From positions 41,292,001 to 41,356,000 of the forward strand of contig NC_058381.1 in assembly GCF_018350175.1 (NCBI RefSeq): a DNA stretch of 64,000 nt, written 5' to 3'. The position numbers were made by a program, and so were the translations under genes. Source of the DNA: Felis catus (Eukaryota). Within the stretch, counting starts at the first letter, position 1. Every line of letters starts with the position of its first letter. Below, one piece after another: positions 1-12,367 of this stretch. The notes below the pieces were generated by a model that saw only the letters and a list, made by a program, of their open reading frames with translations, was not told the origin of the DNA and ran no database searches.

Positions 1-2089
1 CAAAGTTGTAGATCAGAGTCATGCAACCCAGTTCAAGCTCCACCTCCTAGCTAAGCCTCCCAACCCTCCTGGATCTCCCCCTGCTGCGTTCCCAGCATCA
101 CTTCATGCTGTTACCATTATGCTACATGATACTTGACACAGGACTAAATCAGGCTTTAGTTAAGTGATTAGTGCAGGATTTCGAAAGCAACTTCCCACAT
201 CACCACTAAGCATGGGGTTCTTGGGGGAAATTTGTCAATTGGCTCCTCCTCATTGTGATGGGAGAGGGTTTTTTTCCTGAGACCAGGGTCTTCCTTAGCT
301 GACCATGGTCCATGACACACTATCGGCCAATGCTTGTTTGGCCAACTCTTCCAACCCTTCAGGTCTTTGTCCTATAAATTCATAGAAAAACTGTTGGCAA
401 GTTGTTGGCAACTGGACCTTTGAAAAACAGTACCATCACCTCTGCCCCACTCCTCCCAGCCCCACCCCCAGGCAGTTAATAGGAGAAAGCAATAACTATG
501 TCACTCCTGGCTTCCAGTTGCTCATCTTGCTCTTAAATCCAAGGCCTCTGGGGCCGAACGGAACTGGACAAAGTGTGCTGAGTAGTCTAATAGGGCTGAT
601 TCTTTTTCTGAAAGTTTCTTATTGTGGAAAAATAAAATTATGTGTTTAATTTCTGAAACCTGATGCCTGATTTGCCTTGGCAGCCATTCTCCCAGGCTTG
701 GCCAAGAGTCCAGCAATACTAGTATACTGATTAATACCAGCTCAGCTTGCTCCCTGGAGAAGAAGAGCATTATTTACTTGACCATTTTCTTAAATCCTTT
801 TTAATTTGCGTGTATTTTGACATGATCTTACTGGCTTTAACATGCTGTATCTGACCATGAGCCCCAGTGAAGCCCTGGGGAAGATTGTTCTGCTTTGTGC
901 GCTCATGTCCCCATCACAAAGCAAGATTTTGTTCTATCCAGTGATTAGAAATGACATGTCACGTGTTGTGTTCCTTTTGGGGCTGTCACGTTCTAAGTGT
1001 ACTTTTGTCCCCTGCTGGTCTTCAGGCCACTGGTAGAAAGGGAAGAAGATGATGCTTCCCAGAATTCAAACAGAGCTTTCTGCACTATTCTCTCCTCCTT
1101 TCCAACCTCTTTCCCTTCCTCCTTCCAGCCCCCTTTGGATGGTGACCCCTGGGCTCATAATGCCCCTCCCTCGTGAAGCCCACAGGGAGATCAAATAGCG
1201 TTTCTCTAAGGGGACACAGGGGACCTAGGAAAGGTTGGGCCCCAGACAGTCCCTGACAGGGAAGCATAAACACAGCTGTGGAGATGGGAGCAGGGAGCAA
1301 ACTATCCTCCCTTCCCCCTCCCCAGTTCCCACCCAGAAGCAGGGGAAGGCCACCCTGCTGTGGAGAAACAAACAACAAAACAAAGCAAAGCACAACCTAA
1401 AAGCCTGCATGAAGGTCACCAGAAACTGGGGCTGCTGCCCAGGCGTTGGTGGGGCCAGCTGAAGTGCCAGACCCCTCCCTGAACACTTACAGGCAAAGGC
1501 AGCTCTAAAGCAAGTTGAGGTCTGGACGTTACTGAGCCTGAAAACATGGCTCAATTTTTGAAGCCTCTCCACTCCTGGACATTTTGTCCTCTGATCTCAA
1601 AAAACCCAGCTATCCGCCCCAGGTACTTAGCTCCTGACCCCTAGTTGCATAGGGATCATAATAATGCATTCAATTCAGCAAGTAAGAACAGGCCCACAAT
1701 AAACCCTTGTTCGTGGCTGTTTGTTATAAGTTTAAACTCTGAACCTCCAGGCCAAAATTCAGAAAGGGCCCCCTTAGCCTTTGTTAATTACAAAATAAAT
1801 AATTCCAGCAGGAAGGGACTTTCTCTTTTGGGGTTTACTTGGGTGGGATTCATGCCTCACTTTGCACATACTCTGAAGGCTCCAACCCCACAGCTAGGGT
1901 GGTGCTGCCCGTTCTTGCTCCCTTGGCACAGTTAGTGCAGGGCCTTGATCTCACGGGACACGCCTTTGGCACAGCCTTGCCTGGGAAGTAGCCCTGATCG
2001 GGTGGACAGCTAATGAGCTATGCTTCCTTTCTGGCCATCAGGGTCCTCAACTGTAAAACTGCAGAACTAGAGAAAACATGACAGTCTTC

Positions 2090-2310
2090 AAATACTGTCC
2101 ATTCAGTATGTGCCTGGCATTGTGCTGAGTGCTTTACAATTGGTCATCTCATTTCATATGAAGCCAGTAATATTCTTATCCTCATTTTATAGCTGAGAAA
2201 ACTAAGGCTTAAAGAGATTCTGGAACTTGCCCCCAAGGTTACCCAGCTGTTGTGGCCAGGATTTGGGTCCAGTCATTCTGACCCCCAAACCCATGCTCTG
2301 AACCCCGGCC
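2090..2310 (-). mobile_element. MIR remnant (similar remnants at ~2860-3030, 3640-3880, 4670-4820, 5590-5830, 25670-25850, 26960-27140, 58945-59175, 59240-59420)
   Basis: MIR core CTCATTTTATAGCTGAGAAAACTAAGGCTT...ACTTGCCCCCAAGGTTAC. Confidence 0.65.
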
Positions 2311-3056
2311 ACTCTACTTCCTCCTTTCTCTGAGATCTTCTAGCTCTGACATCATGATTCTGGATTCTCTCCATGACTTTCTGTTCTCACCAGTGGTGCC
2401 AGAAAGAGAAATGTGTTTGGGACTCTGCAAGTTCAGAGGAAAACAGTTCCTGAAAGGCAAGGGGCTCCTTACTCCCTCTGTACTGGAGATACCAATCAAA
2501 GCTGGACACTCGACAGACCCCCATATCAGTAGGGAACAGCCTATGTGGAAGACAAAAAAAAAAAAAAAAATCCTAGCCAGACAGGAAAGGGGAGTTCCTC
2601 TTGTTTCTGTAACTTCCCCTTCTCTCTTCCCTGGCTTATCAGCAGGGTCTCACACTGCTGATACTATGGCCCTTTGAATCCTAGTCTAGCTCGGATGGAA
2701 CACCAGGTCACAGAGACACTTTTGGAGCAAGAAAAGTACATTACGTACATCTACAGATTACATCCACGACACTGTACATAAAGGAACATAGATTACATTT
2801 ATTTACGTGTTTAACAAATCACCTTTAACATTCATGTAATCATTAGATATTGGGCTGGGTGTGAACCTACGTTATTCTGTGTAATCCTTGCAAGATGCCT
2901 GAGAGGTGGGTATTGTTGTCCCCATTTTACAGAGAAGGGCATTGAGAGGGAGATTGAAAACATTGGACATGGCCACATGGCTGGTAAGTAGGAGAGCTGG
3001 AATTCTATCTGGCTTTGAAGTCTCTATTCTTTTAAATAAAGAGTGCTGTGTAATGA

Positions 3057-3555
3057 GGGGTGCCTGGGTGGCTCAGTCAGTTAAGCATCCAACTTTGGCT
3101 CAGGTCATGATTTCACAGTTTGTGAGTTTGAGCCCTGCATCAGTGCTGGCAGTTCAGAGCCTGGACATTGCTTCGGATTCTGTGTTTCCCTCTCTCTCTC
3201 TGCCCCTCCCCCCAACCTCTCTCTCTTTCCCTCTCTCTCTCTCTCTCTCTCTCAAAAACAAATAAAATATGGGGCGCCTGGGTGGCTCAGTCGGTTAAAC
3301 GTCTGACTTTGGCTCAGGTCATGATCTCTCGGTTTGTGGGTTTGAGCCCCCCCATTGGGCTGTGTGCTGACAGCTCAGAGCCTGGAGCCTGCTTCGGATT
3401 CTGTGTCTCCCTCTCTCTCTGTTCCTCCCCTGCTCGCGCTCTGTCTCTCTCTCTCTCTCTCTCAAAAATAAATATTTTAAAAAATTTTTTAAATAAATAT
3501 ACAAAATATTTAATAAAATAAGCAATCAATCAATCAATCAATAAATAAATAAAAT
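3057..3555 (+). mobile_element. Two tandem carnivore SINEs (SINEC)
   Basis: GGGG(C/T)GCCTGGGTGGCTCAGTC heads at ~3057 and ~3271, (CT)n tracts and A-rich tails. Confidence 0.9.
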
Positions 3556-3890
3556 CGTGTATTGAAAAGAACAGAATTATAGAACTGGAAGGATCCCAGA
3601 GTATCTTGGAAATACAATTGTCATAACCATATATGTTACACCTTATGATAGTGACTACCATTTATCAAATGCTTACTAGCACTGGGCATTGGGTCAAATG
3701 CTTGACCTGCATTATCTTTACTGCTAGGTGAGATACACAATGGTAACCCTATTTTGCAGATAAGAAAACACGTCCAGAGGAGTTAAGTAATTGCAGAGGG
3801 TCACATACAGCTACATAAGTGATGGAGATGGCTCCAAACTCAAGTCTACTTGACTCCAAAATGTGTTCTCTTAACCACTAAGGTAATAGA

Positions 3891-3934
<44 letters not shown>

Positions 3935-4065
3935 TAATATGTAATTAAATATCATTATAATTATATAATTATAATATATAATTATATAACATTATATAAT
4001 TATAATTCTTTATAATTATATATTGTAATTGATTATAATTATATGATAATAATAATATTATATAC
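3891..4065. repeat. (AAT)n microsatellite followed by AT-rich low-complexity tract
   Basis: About 13 AAT units, then TATAAT-like repeats. Confidence 0.9.
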
Positions 4066-4244
4066 TGCTCTAAGTGCTTTAAATCTTATAACTTATAGGT
4101 ATTATTACTATTCCCATTTTACAGGTGAAGAAAATCTTGCCTTTTGTAGTATTAAGCTCACATCACAGATACCACAAGTGTTCAACACAACATATGTGGG
4201 ATGTTAAGATCTAGAAAATGTTTTTTGTGTGTGTGTTTGTTTTT

Positions 4245-4420
4245 TTAAAATGTTTATTTATTTTTGAGAGAGAGAGAGAGAATGTGAGCAGGGGAAGGCA
4301 GTGAGAGCAGCTGTCAGCACAGAGCCTGATGTGGGGCTCAAACTCATGAACCACGAGATCGTGACCTGGGCCAATAGCAAGAGCCAGTTGCTCAACCAAC
4401 TGAGCCACCCAGGTGCCCCA
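4245..4420 (-). mobile_element. SINEC
   Basis: Reverse-complement head CTGAGCCACCCAGGTGCCCC, (GA)n, T-rich tail. Confidence 0.85.
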
Positions 4421-4829
4421 AAAATGTTTTATTTCATAATATCATGAGTTTTTTTCATTGTCCATCTAATGCATTAAGGTGTTGGGGGAAAGGATGTGAA
4501 AAGATGCTGTCTGTAAGTGAAACAAGCATAGTCAGGAGAGGGATCATACAGAGGGAGGAAAGTCCTCTGGCATGAGGAATCCTGTCTGGTTACCCTTCCG
4601 GCCTGTCTTTTGCATCCCTTTCTATTTGGTTCTTTCTAGCAGGCTGGCTAACGGGTTCTATCAGGTATTGTGGAGCAGAGGTTAAGTACTCTGGCTTCAG
4701 CATTAAGAAGATCTGGATATCTGCCAATATTAGTTGCATGAGCTTGGATAAATTACTTAACTTTTCAGTTTCCTCATCTGGAAAGTGGATTGCTATGGTA
4801 CCTGATTTAATAGAGTTGTGAATTTTACC

Positions 4830-4885
<56 letters not shown>
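4830..4885. repeat. (CTAT)n tetranucleotide STR
   Basis: About 14 perfect CTAT units. Confidence 0.95.
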
Positions 4886-4886
4886 A

Positions 4887-5002
4887 CTTAGGCTTCACAC
4901 CCAGCATGGAGCCCAACTTGAGGCTTGAACTCATAACCCTGAGATCAAGACCTGAGCTGAGATAGAATTGAACACTTAACCAACTGAGCCACCCAGGTGC
5001 CC
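4887..5002 (-). mobile_element. Short SINEC with adjoining (CTAT)n
   Basis: CTGAGCCACCCAGGTGCCC head; CTTGAACTCA..CCCTGAGATCAAGA body. Confidence 0.75.
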
Positions 5003-6910
5003 TAAGTCATGAGTTTTAAATGAAACAATCTGTATGAAGTACCAAGGATACTGGTGGGCATCATCAGGGCATCTTCATGTCACTTAACATCTAAACTCTT
5101 GGGGTGCTGGGAGCAGGTAGAAGCGTTCCTGCGGATGGTTTCATAGGACAGTCCTGAGGAACGGAGGAAGAGTGAAAGCAACCCTGGCGTCTGGCAGCGG
5201 GTCCTGAGAGCAACCATGAGTCAGCCCCAGGTGCCGAGGGACCAGCAGTGTTCTCAGCACTGCTGGGCGTGGGCTATGGTCACTTGGCCATGGTCCTCTT
5301 CAGTCATGCTGTCTGAATGTCCTTCTTATAAATCTGGTCTGGTGGTGGTTTTTTTTTTTTTTCCCCTTTCAGAAAAACAGCCTCCACCATATGATGTCAT
5401 GGTCCAGCCTGGATCTGGGAAGGAAGGGAGGAGGAGGTTGTATGTATGTAGTTGGGTAAAGCAGCATCTTCTTATTTCTGGAGGGGTCTATCTGGCCCTG
5501 GAAGAAACTCTCTATCCTTTTCTCTTCTTTTCAACCTCATTTTCAAGACCCAGTAAGAAATCAATATTCAGATGTAGATTGAGAGGGAGGTGATACATCA
5601 CAATGGTTAAGACATGAAGCTTAGCATCAAGCAGTCCCAGGTTTAAATCCTGACTGTCAGTTGCTACCTTTGAGGCCTTGGACACATCATTCCTGTTTCC
5701 CCATTTTACCCACAAACAAGATAATTCTAATGTTACGGTGGTAAGGTTTTAAGACATATTTGCAAAGCTCAGCACATGTGTCAGAGAACACACTATGCAT
5801 CACATAGTAATTGTTCAATAAATGGTAGCTACATTAAGAACCAGCATTTGATGAGGAATATGGCCTAATCATTTTCTCTGCTTCTTCTAACTTGAGAGCC
5901 AAAGTTTTCTCCAATAACCATTCTTCCTTCTGTGGGATGGCCATACTCACACTGAGTGTTCCTTCATTCTGGAGATGAGGAGATGGGGAGAGATGGAGCT
6001 GTGTCCCTACATCTTTGTCTTCCCTCCCTTAGCTAGCTGGCTCCCCAGCTGCAGCTCTTCTGGTTCTCTCTGCTACCTCCCTGCCCTCTAAAGAAATCTG
6101 TTTCCTCTCTCCAGCTTGGAAGGATCAGCCCCTCCCAGCCAGGACTTCTGGCTCCCCTGACCCTGACTCTCCCCCACATCCTCTCCTGAGCTCTGGTCTT
6201 TATTTTGCAGACAGCTGGAGAAGAGGCCAGCATATGTGAATGTCTCTACATGGTGGAGATGCTGATTCCAGGATGCTCTGCATGCAATTTCATTGTGTAG
6301 GAGGCCCCCAGTGCTTTTTACTCCACACTATGTTGTTCTGGATTTGGGTGTAGGGGGAAGGGTGAAGATTAAAAATGGCACTTCTTTTAAGGATCAACTC
6401 ACCTCTCTTCTTGTTTCAGGCAGGATGTCCCTTCCCCTGTAACAAGAAGGGGAATTTACCTGGCAGTAGGATCCCTATCAAGGAAAAGTCAGTCTAGGTT
6501 GGGGCCATAAATCTCAGGTTAATGTCCAGCTGGACCAGAACTAGATCCCTCTCTTCCTAAGCAGTAGGAGTGGGTATGGAGTATGGACAGAGGACTAAGG
6601 AAGTGTGTAGGAAACAAAGACCAGACTCCACTGGATATGAGACAAAAAGACTACAGATAGTATTATACTACAGTTAAAAGAAAAGAGGCACATCTGTATG
6701 TGCTATTGTGAAAAGAAGCCCAAAACATGTTATTAAAGTAAAAAAAAAAAGTCATCAAACAACAGAGATATTATATCCCATTTATGTTTTTTTTAAGTCC
6801 AAAATATATAGGGAAGTGAGAAAGGAATAAAGGTATAAAGTTTTCTGTGTTTAAATATTTTGCAATGAGTATATACTTGTGTATTACCTGCAATTAGAAA
6901 GTATATTTTT

Positions 6911-7075
6911 GGGGTGCCAGGGTGGCTTAGTTAAGTGTAAGATTTTGGCTCAGGTACTAACAGCTCAGAGCCTGGAGCCTGCTTCAGATTCTGTGTCTTC
7001 CTTTCTGTCTACCCCTTCCCTGCTCACACTCTGTCTCTCTCTCTGTCTCTCTCAAAACAAACATTAAAAAAAATA
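6911..7075 (+). mobile_element. Internally deleted SINEC
   Basis: CAGCTCAGAGCCTGGAGCCTGCTTCAGATTCTGTGTCT core. Confidence 0.8.
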
Positions 7076-8708
7076 AGTATATTTTTATAGCAGAAAGTAT
7101 GTTTTTAAGGCAGCAGTAGGGTCTAAAAGGGAAGGGAAGAGAAGAGGGCGTCCATGGGTGGAATACGGGATTTGCATAAAAGAACTAGCTTCTGTCCTTA
7201 ATGAAGCCCTTCTCTGTCCCCTCCTTGCAGAACATGGGACTGTCTTCTATGGCAAAGCAAAGTCTCTGGTCCTCTTTCAGCCCCATAGTACCCCAATACC
7301 AGACCCCCAGTTACCAGGATGCCCTCAGGAGTCAATGAAACAGCCAAATGTCCAACTGGTAAGGAAAAGTAGGAAGAGGAAAATCAGGAGGAGGGAAAAT
7401 TCCCAGATTCTCCAATGGGAAGGTTAGACTCCCAAGTTCAGGAATGACTACATCAAACTTCCCTTTGGAGGTCTCCATGTCATGCTCCAGGCTAAAGATA
7501 ACATTTTCTACTGAGTCACCTATATTTTCCCTTTTGATTCTAAGGTCATTTTATATATGAAAATGTTGACCTCCAGAGATATGAAATGACCTGCCCAAGA
7601 TTACACAGCAACACAGAAGCAGAACTTGCCTTTAGAATCCCAACCAATGCTCGTTTGTGTTTGTTTGTTTGTTTTTATCAAACGATACTATACTGCCCTA
7701 TTTAAAACCCAGCATTTATTTTCATCAACTTTAATCTTGATCCCCAACCCCATTCCTAATTCACGGTGGGCTCAGGTGTTTCTGGCCCCAGCCCAGTGGA
7801 AATGGTTTGTTTTGTTTTCTGTCCCTCCATGCTTTCCCTTCCCATCTTATCACCCAGAAATCTCCCTCTTGACCATGTTTCCTTCTTGAAAAGGGCAGTC
7901 ATGGGTGGGAGGAAACGAATGGATTCGGTCCCTGGCCTGATGTGGCTCTGAGGCTGTCTGGCTCTTTCCTGCACATTGCAGAAGATGACAATCACCAGGA
8001 GGGCTTTGGGGTTCCTGCCAACTGGGCCACCTCCTTTCTTCTTTGGGATGCCTTATCAAGGCAACCTCTTGACCCTAGTGATGGAGGAGGACAACAGGCT
8101 TTTAGTGGCCATAATTCAAGAGCCTAAGATCTTCCCTGAGATGAAGATTTGAAGAGAGATCATGAAAGATAATTTATGGTGGGCAGAAATCAGTAAACTG
8201 GGACAAGAGCAGCAGCTGAGTCCAGGGGTCAGTGTCTGGGAGTAATTTAGGAAAGTTCAGTGCTGACAGCTGTGTCTGGAGTTGAACGCCAGGGCCAAAC
8301 CAGCTCCTGGGCTGCTCGGCTGCTTCAGGCTAATGAAGCTCTGGCTCAGGACACAGAGACAGCTGTGGTATGGCAGAAGTCAGGGCCCCTGGGGCCCCAG
8401 GCCCAGCCTGGCTGCTTCGTAGCAGTGTAACCTTAGGCAAGTCCTTAGGAAAGAAGGAAAAGAAACGTCCACTGAGTGAGTCCACTGCCCTTTCACATAC
8501 ATTGTCCTCAGTACAGTTTATCCAGGAAGATGATGTATGTCCTTATCTTACAGGAGAGTAAGCGGAGATCATCAAGGTAACCGAGATCATTCTGGGCTAT
8601 CTGGCTAGGGAGTGGGAAGACAGAAATACCAGTCAGAGCTTCTGAACTCACCCATAGTAGGTTCTAAATAAACCCTTCCCTTTTCACAACCTTGGTCTTG
8701 AAGAGTAG

Positions 8709-8836
8709 TGGCCACTTTCTTCCTAGGAATGGAGTAATCTTTTACTTTTGCCCCTCCCCCCCATCCGGTTTATGGCACCTTTTTCCTAGGAATGAAATAA
8801 TCTTACTTTTGCCCTTCCCCCCAATCAGATGTGTGG
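8709..8836. repeat. Two-copy ~63-nt tandem duplication
   Basis: TTCCTAGGAATG..TAATCTT..ACTTTTGCCC.TCCCCCC appears twice (8720 and 8783). Confidence 0.85.
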
Positions 8837-9189
8837 ATCGAGGTGCCTCCGAAGGGAGGGTATTTGGATTTTGGTTTCCCCTCTGCCCGGATCCCCAGGC
8901 CTTCTCCTGACTCTGGAGGGCTGGCTCCCTCATCTCCTCCTCCCCAGTTTTGGCGGGTGAGTTGACATCAGTGGGTGTTCCCGGGGAAGGGGAACTCTGA
9001 GCCCAGCTCCAGGAGCCCCTTCCCCCACGGCCCAAGACAGCCCCAACCTCCTTCCTTAGATACTGCGGCGTGGAGAGGCCCTCTGAACTCCCAGCCCCTT
9101 TCTTCTGCAGGTCCGCGATAGCAACACGCTAACCCCCTTCCTCAGCCCCCGCATCGAAAGAGAAGGGGACGACTAGGGTCCCGGGAGCG

Positions 9190-9850
9190 GATGCTCAGAG
9201 ACCCGGGAGAGTCCTTGGGCGCCACGCGGCTCAGCCCAGGAAATGCGTCCCGGTTCTGGGGTTACAAGGGGAGCTGTCCAGCCCCGCAGGGTGAACTAGA
9301 AGAAAGAGTGGGCCAACGCCGACCCGCCGGAGGGAGCGGCGGGCGCCGGGGCGGGGTGGGGCATCGACTCCCCCTCCGGCCCGCGGGCCCCGGGCGTCGC
9401 CCCCGCCCCCCACGTGGCCGCAGCCGTCCCAGCCCCTGCGAGGAAGCGGCGCGGCTTCCTGGGGCTTGGGCCGGGGATATAGGCGCCCCCGCCCGGGCCC
9501 GGCTCAGCGCCACCGCCCCTCCTCGCCTGCTAGCCGCGCGATGGCCTCGCTCCGGGCAGAGCGCGCCGCCGGCGGCCCGCGGTTCTCTACGACCCTCGCG
9601 GGGCGACCGGCAGCGCTCCGCCTCCTCCTCCTGCTGGGCGGTGAGCGCTGCGCCCCGGGGCTCGGGCGGGAGGCGCGGGAGGCCCGGAGGGGAGGGGGGG
9701 CTGGACCGCCGAGGCCGAAACGGGCCCCGGGGTGAGGGCGGAACAGCGCTGTCCTCCGACAGTCCCCGGCTCCACCTCGGTGAAGGCGCAGCGCGAACTG
9801 CTTCCCACTTGGAGGAACGTGGGGTGCCGGGGGCCCGGCGGAGAGGTCTT
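9190..9850. promoter_or_regulatory. CpG island / RAMP2 promoter
   Basis: Dense CpG, several GGGCGG/CCGCCC boxes, TATA-like GATATA ~9476-9481 upstream of the ATG. Confidence 0.8.
9541..9640 (+). CDS. RAMP2: RAMP2 coding exon 1 (signal peptide)
   Basis: ATG 9541; donor G|GTGAGC at 9641. Confidence 0.95.
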
Positions 9851-11096
9851 GGGAGGTCTGGGGCTGGCCTGGAGGAAGAGGGTTTGGGGTCTGGATGTGA
9901 GTGGGAGGGAGCTGGTATCAGCCCTCTCTTCCAGTCACTGAAGCACCCCTTGGGAGCCTGGATTATTCTTCTTTCTCTTCTGCGAGTAGCTCTGCCTTCC
10001 AAGGGTCTCAGACCCCTCCTCCAGGCTCCACCGCCTAGATCCCCGCCATCCTCCTTCCCTCCCCCATTTCTGCTCACAGCTGTCCTGAAGCCCCAGGAGT
10101 CCCTGGCTCAGCTTCTTCCCACTGAAGGCAGCTTGAAGTCAGAAGGTGTGTACCGCGCGACTCTGGGAAGGTGGCCGAGGGCAACGAGGAGAGCTAGGTC
10201 AGTGGGGAGGGTCCCTTTCCCACAAGGCAGGCCCCAACCCCAAATGAAATCGCACTAAACACCCTTCCGTTCTCTCCTGGGGTTCCTTGTGGTCTTTCTC
10301 CCTCTCAGCCCACAACCCACCCTCCCCGCCCCCCCACCCCCCCCCAGCTCTGAGCTGGCTCACCTCAGGTGGGTTAGAAGACCCCAGAAAAAAACGTATA
10401 TGGATGTTCCCGTCAGGCTGGGAAGTGCTGAGCACATGGAAGGCATTAACATTTTTCTGAGCTGAGACTCTCTCCTTGGGAAACTTTCTGAGGCTGTTCC
10501 TGGTGACTGCCATGTCTGAAGACAGGAACAGTGGAAGTACCTGGACCTGAGGGCTTGGAGGGAGGGCCAGGGGTGTGGTCAGTGTGCAGCATCTGTGCCC
10601 ACAGAGAACAAGATGGAGGACTATAAGGCGAATGCCCAGTTTTGCTGGCAATCTTATAAGGAGCAGATGGACTCTATCCCCAAGGACTGGTGCGACTGGA
10701 CCATGATTAGCAGGTAGGGGCAGTGCTAGGGCAGCTTGGACCAGGGGTGGGGCCTGCTCCTTGTGTGTGGGCCTTGAGTGTGGGGTATTCCTCTCTCTGG
10801 GCCCAACCCCATATTCACTCTAGTCTTCCCTTGCTTCCAGGCCCTATAGCGACCTGCAATATTGCTTGGAGCATTTTGCAGAAGCATTTGGCCTGGGTTT
10901 CCCCAATCCCTTGGCAGAAGAGATCATCTTTGAGACTCACCAGATCCACTTTGCCAACTGCTCCTTGATGCAGCCCACCTTGTCAGACCCTCCAGAGGAT
11001 GTGCTTCTGGCCATGATCATAGCCCCCATCTGCCTCATCCCCTTCCTTGTCACCCTTGTGGTGTGGAGGAGTAAAGACAGCGAGGCCCAGGCCTAG
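9541..11096 (+). CDS. RAMP2: Receptor activity-modifying protein 2; join(9541-9640,10080-10145,10605-10713,10841-11096), 176 aa
   Basis: Spliced translation MASLRAERAAGGPRF...RLLLLLG|AVLKPQESLAQ...|...QFCWQSYKEQMDSIPKDWCDWTMIS|RPYSDLQYCLEHFAEAFGLGFPNPLAEEIIFETHQIHFANCS...DPPEDVLLAMIIAPICLIPFLVTLVVWRSKDSEAQA*; all introns GT-AG; 531 nt total. Confidence 0.97.
10080..10145 (+). CDS. RAMP2: RAMP2 exon 2
   Basis: CTCACAG| acceptor; AVLKPQESLAQLLPTEGSLKSE; donor AAG|GTGTG. Confidence 0.93.
10605..10713 (+). CDS. RAMP2: RAMP2 exon 3
   Basis: CCCACAG| acceptor; FCWQSYKEQMDSIPKDWCDW; donor CAG|GTAGG. Confidence 0.93.
10841..11096 (+). CDS. RAMP2: RAMP2 exon 4 (TM helix, stop)
   Basis: TTCCAG| acceptor; ends WRSKDSEAQA TAG. 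Confidence 0.96.
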
Positions 11097-11260
11097 GGTG
11101 GTGGTATGAGCTATTAGCAGTCATCTTACTCCTTTCCCCTGCCACCACCAGGTCTCTCTCTTCCCCTCCCTGCCTCCTTCTCTCACTCTCACCCCCACCA
11201 CAGACCCTTGAATTGCTGGAAATGGAAGCCCAGTGGTGGCACAAGTTTTGTAGTCTTCAA

Positions 11261-11266
11261 AATAAA
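11261..11266 (+). terminator. RAMP2 polyadenylation signal
   Basis: AATAAA 165 nt after the stop, followed by a long U-rich tract. Confidence 0.75.
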
Positions 11267-12155
11267 ACTTTTTTTTTTTTTTTTTTTGGTACTATCCCCT
11301 CCCCATCCCAGAGTCTCTACCATTTCCCACAGCTCTGGGCAGCAGAGCTGGGAAATCTGGATACCAGCACTGTTTTGTTCACTTGCCTGCTCCTCACTAT
11401 TCCTCTCCCCCCACTTGAAAGCCACCCCCTACACTGCTTCCTCCCAGGGCTGGGCCTTTCCTGTCCTTATCCAAAACCAACACCAGGAAACCTGCAGGAA
11501 GAGACTCCCTTCCGGCTTGGATGGCAGCTGGGGAGGTGTGGGGGAAGGGGCAAGGGTGGAATCTCTGCTGTGACTCCTGTGAGAAGGAAGGGGGACTGCC
11601 TAGGGGCTCTGAATTTTCCTCTTTTTCATGCCTCAGTTTACTCCCAGGGCCTAGGAATAGAAACCTTGATATGACCAAAAAGAGTTCATTCCTAAAGAGC
11701 TCAGGATTGAAGGGAAAGGCAGTGGGACTTATTCTACTAACTCCACCACAGAACTCCCTGTCCAGGTCCCTGGCCCTCATCCTACATTGTCCTGGACCCT
11801 GGGGGTGTGGCCTACAGCCTGTTAGCACACTGCCCCCTGGTGTCCACTGGAGCTAACAGCCAGAAGATGGATATGACCTGGAAGAAGCTCAAAGCTGAGG
11901 AGACTGGACCCTGGAATCAAACATCTGTCATCCCCATAGCAACCATTAGTTCTTAGCAAACCCTTCTATCAGCTTCCTAAGCCATACTGATACTCCTCTA
12001 AGACACCTTCCCACTTTCTAGGGACATACCTAGCCTCTGAACTCACCATTTCTGTATATGAATACTCTTACATGTTCCCTGGACAGTGAGGCCCAGTTTT
12101 CCCCAGAGAACCTTCATCTTCAGTTCTTCCAGATCATCAAAAATACTGGAGAACA

Positions 12156-12367
12156 AGGACAGCTGGATGGCTCAGTCAATTAAGTGTCTGACTTTGGCTC
12201 AGGTCATGATGTCATGGTTTGTGGGCTCGAGCCCCACATCAGGCTGTGTGCTGACAGCTCAGGCAGAGCCTGGAGCCTGCTTTGGAGTGTGTGTCCTCTC
12301 TCTGCCCCTGCCCTGCTTGTGCTCTGTTTGTCTCTCTCTCCCCAAAACAAATAAACATTAAAAAAAT
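12156..12367 (+). mobile_element. SINEC with TSD
   Basis: SINEC body; flanks AAAATACTGGAGAACA / AAAATACTAGAGAACA. Confidence 0.85.

Noticed and set aside
9191-10258. 355-aa ORF (+) and 271-aa ORF (-) across the RAMP2 CpG island
   Set aside because: Stop-poor GC-rich sequence giving low-complexity R/G/P/A peptides; only the exon 2 segment is real RAMP2.
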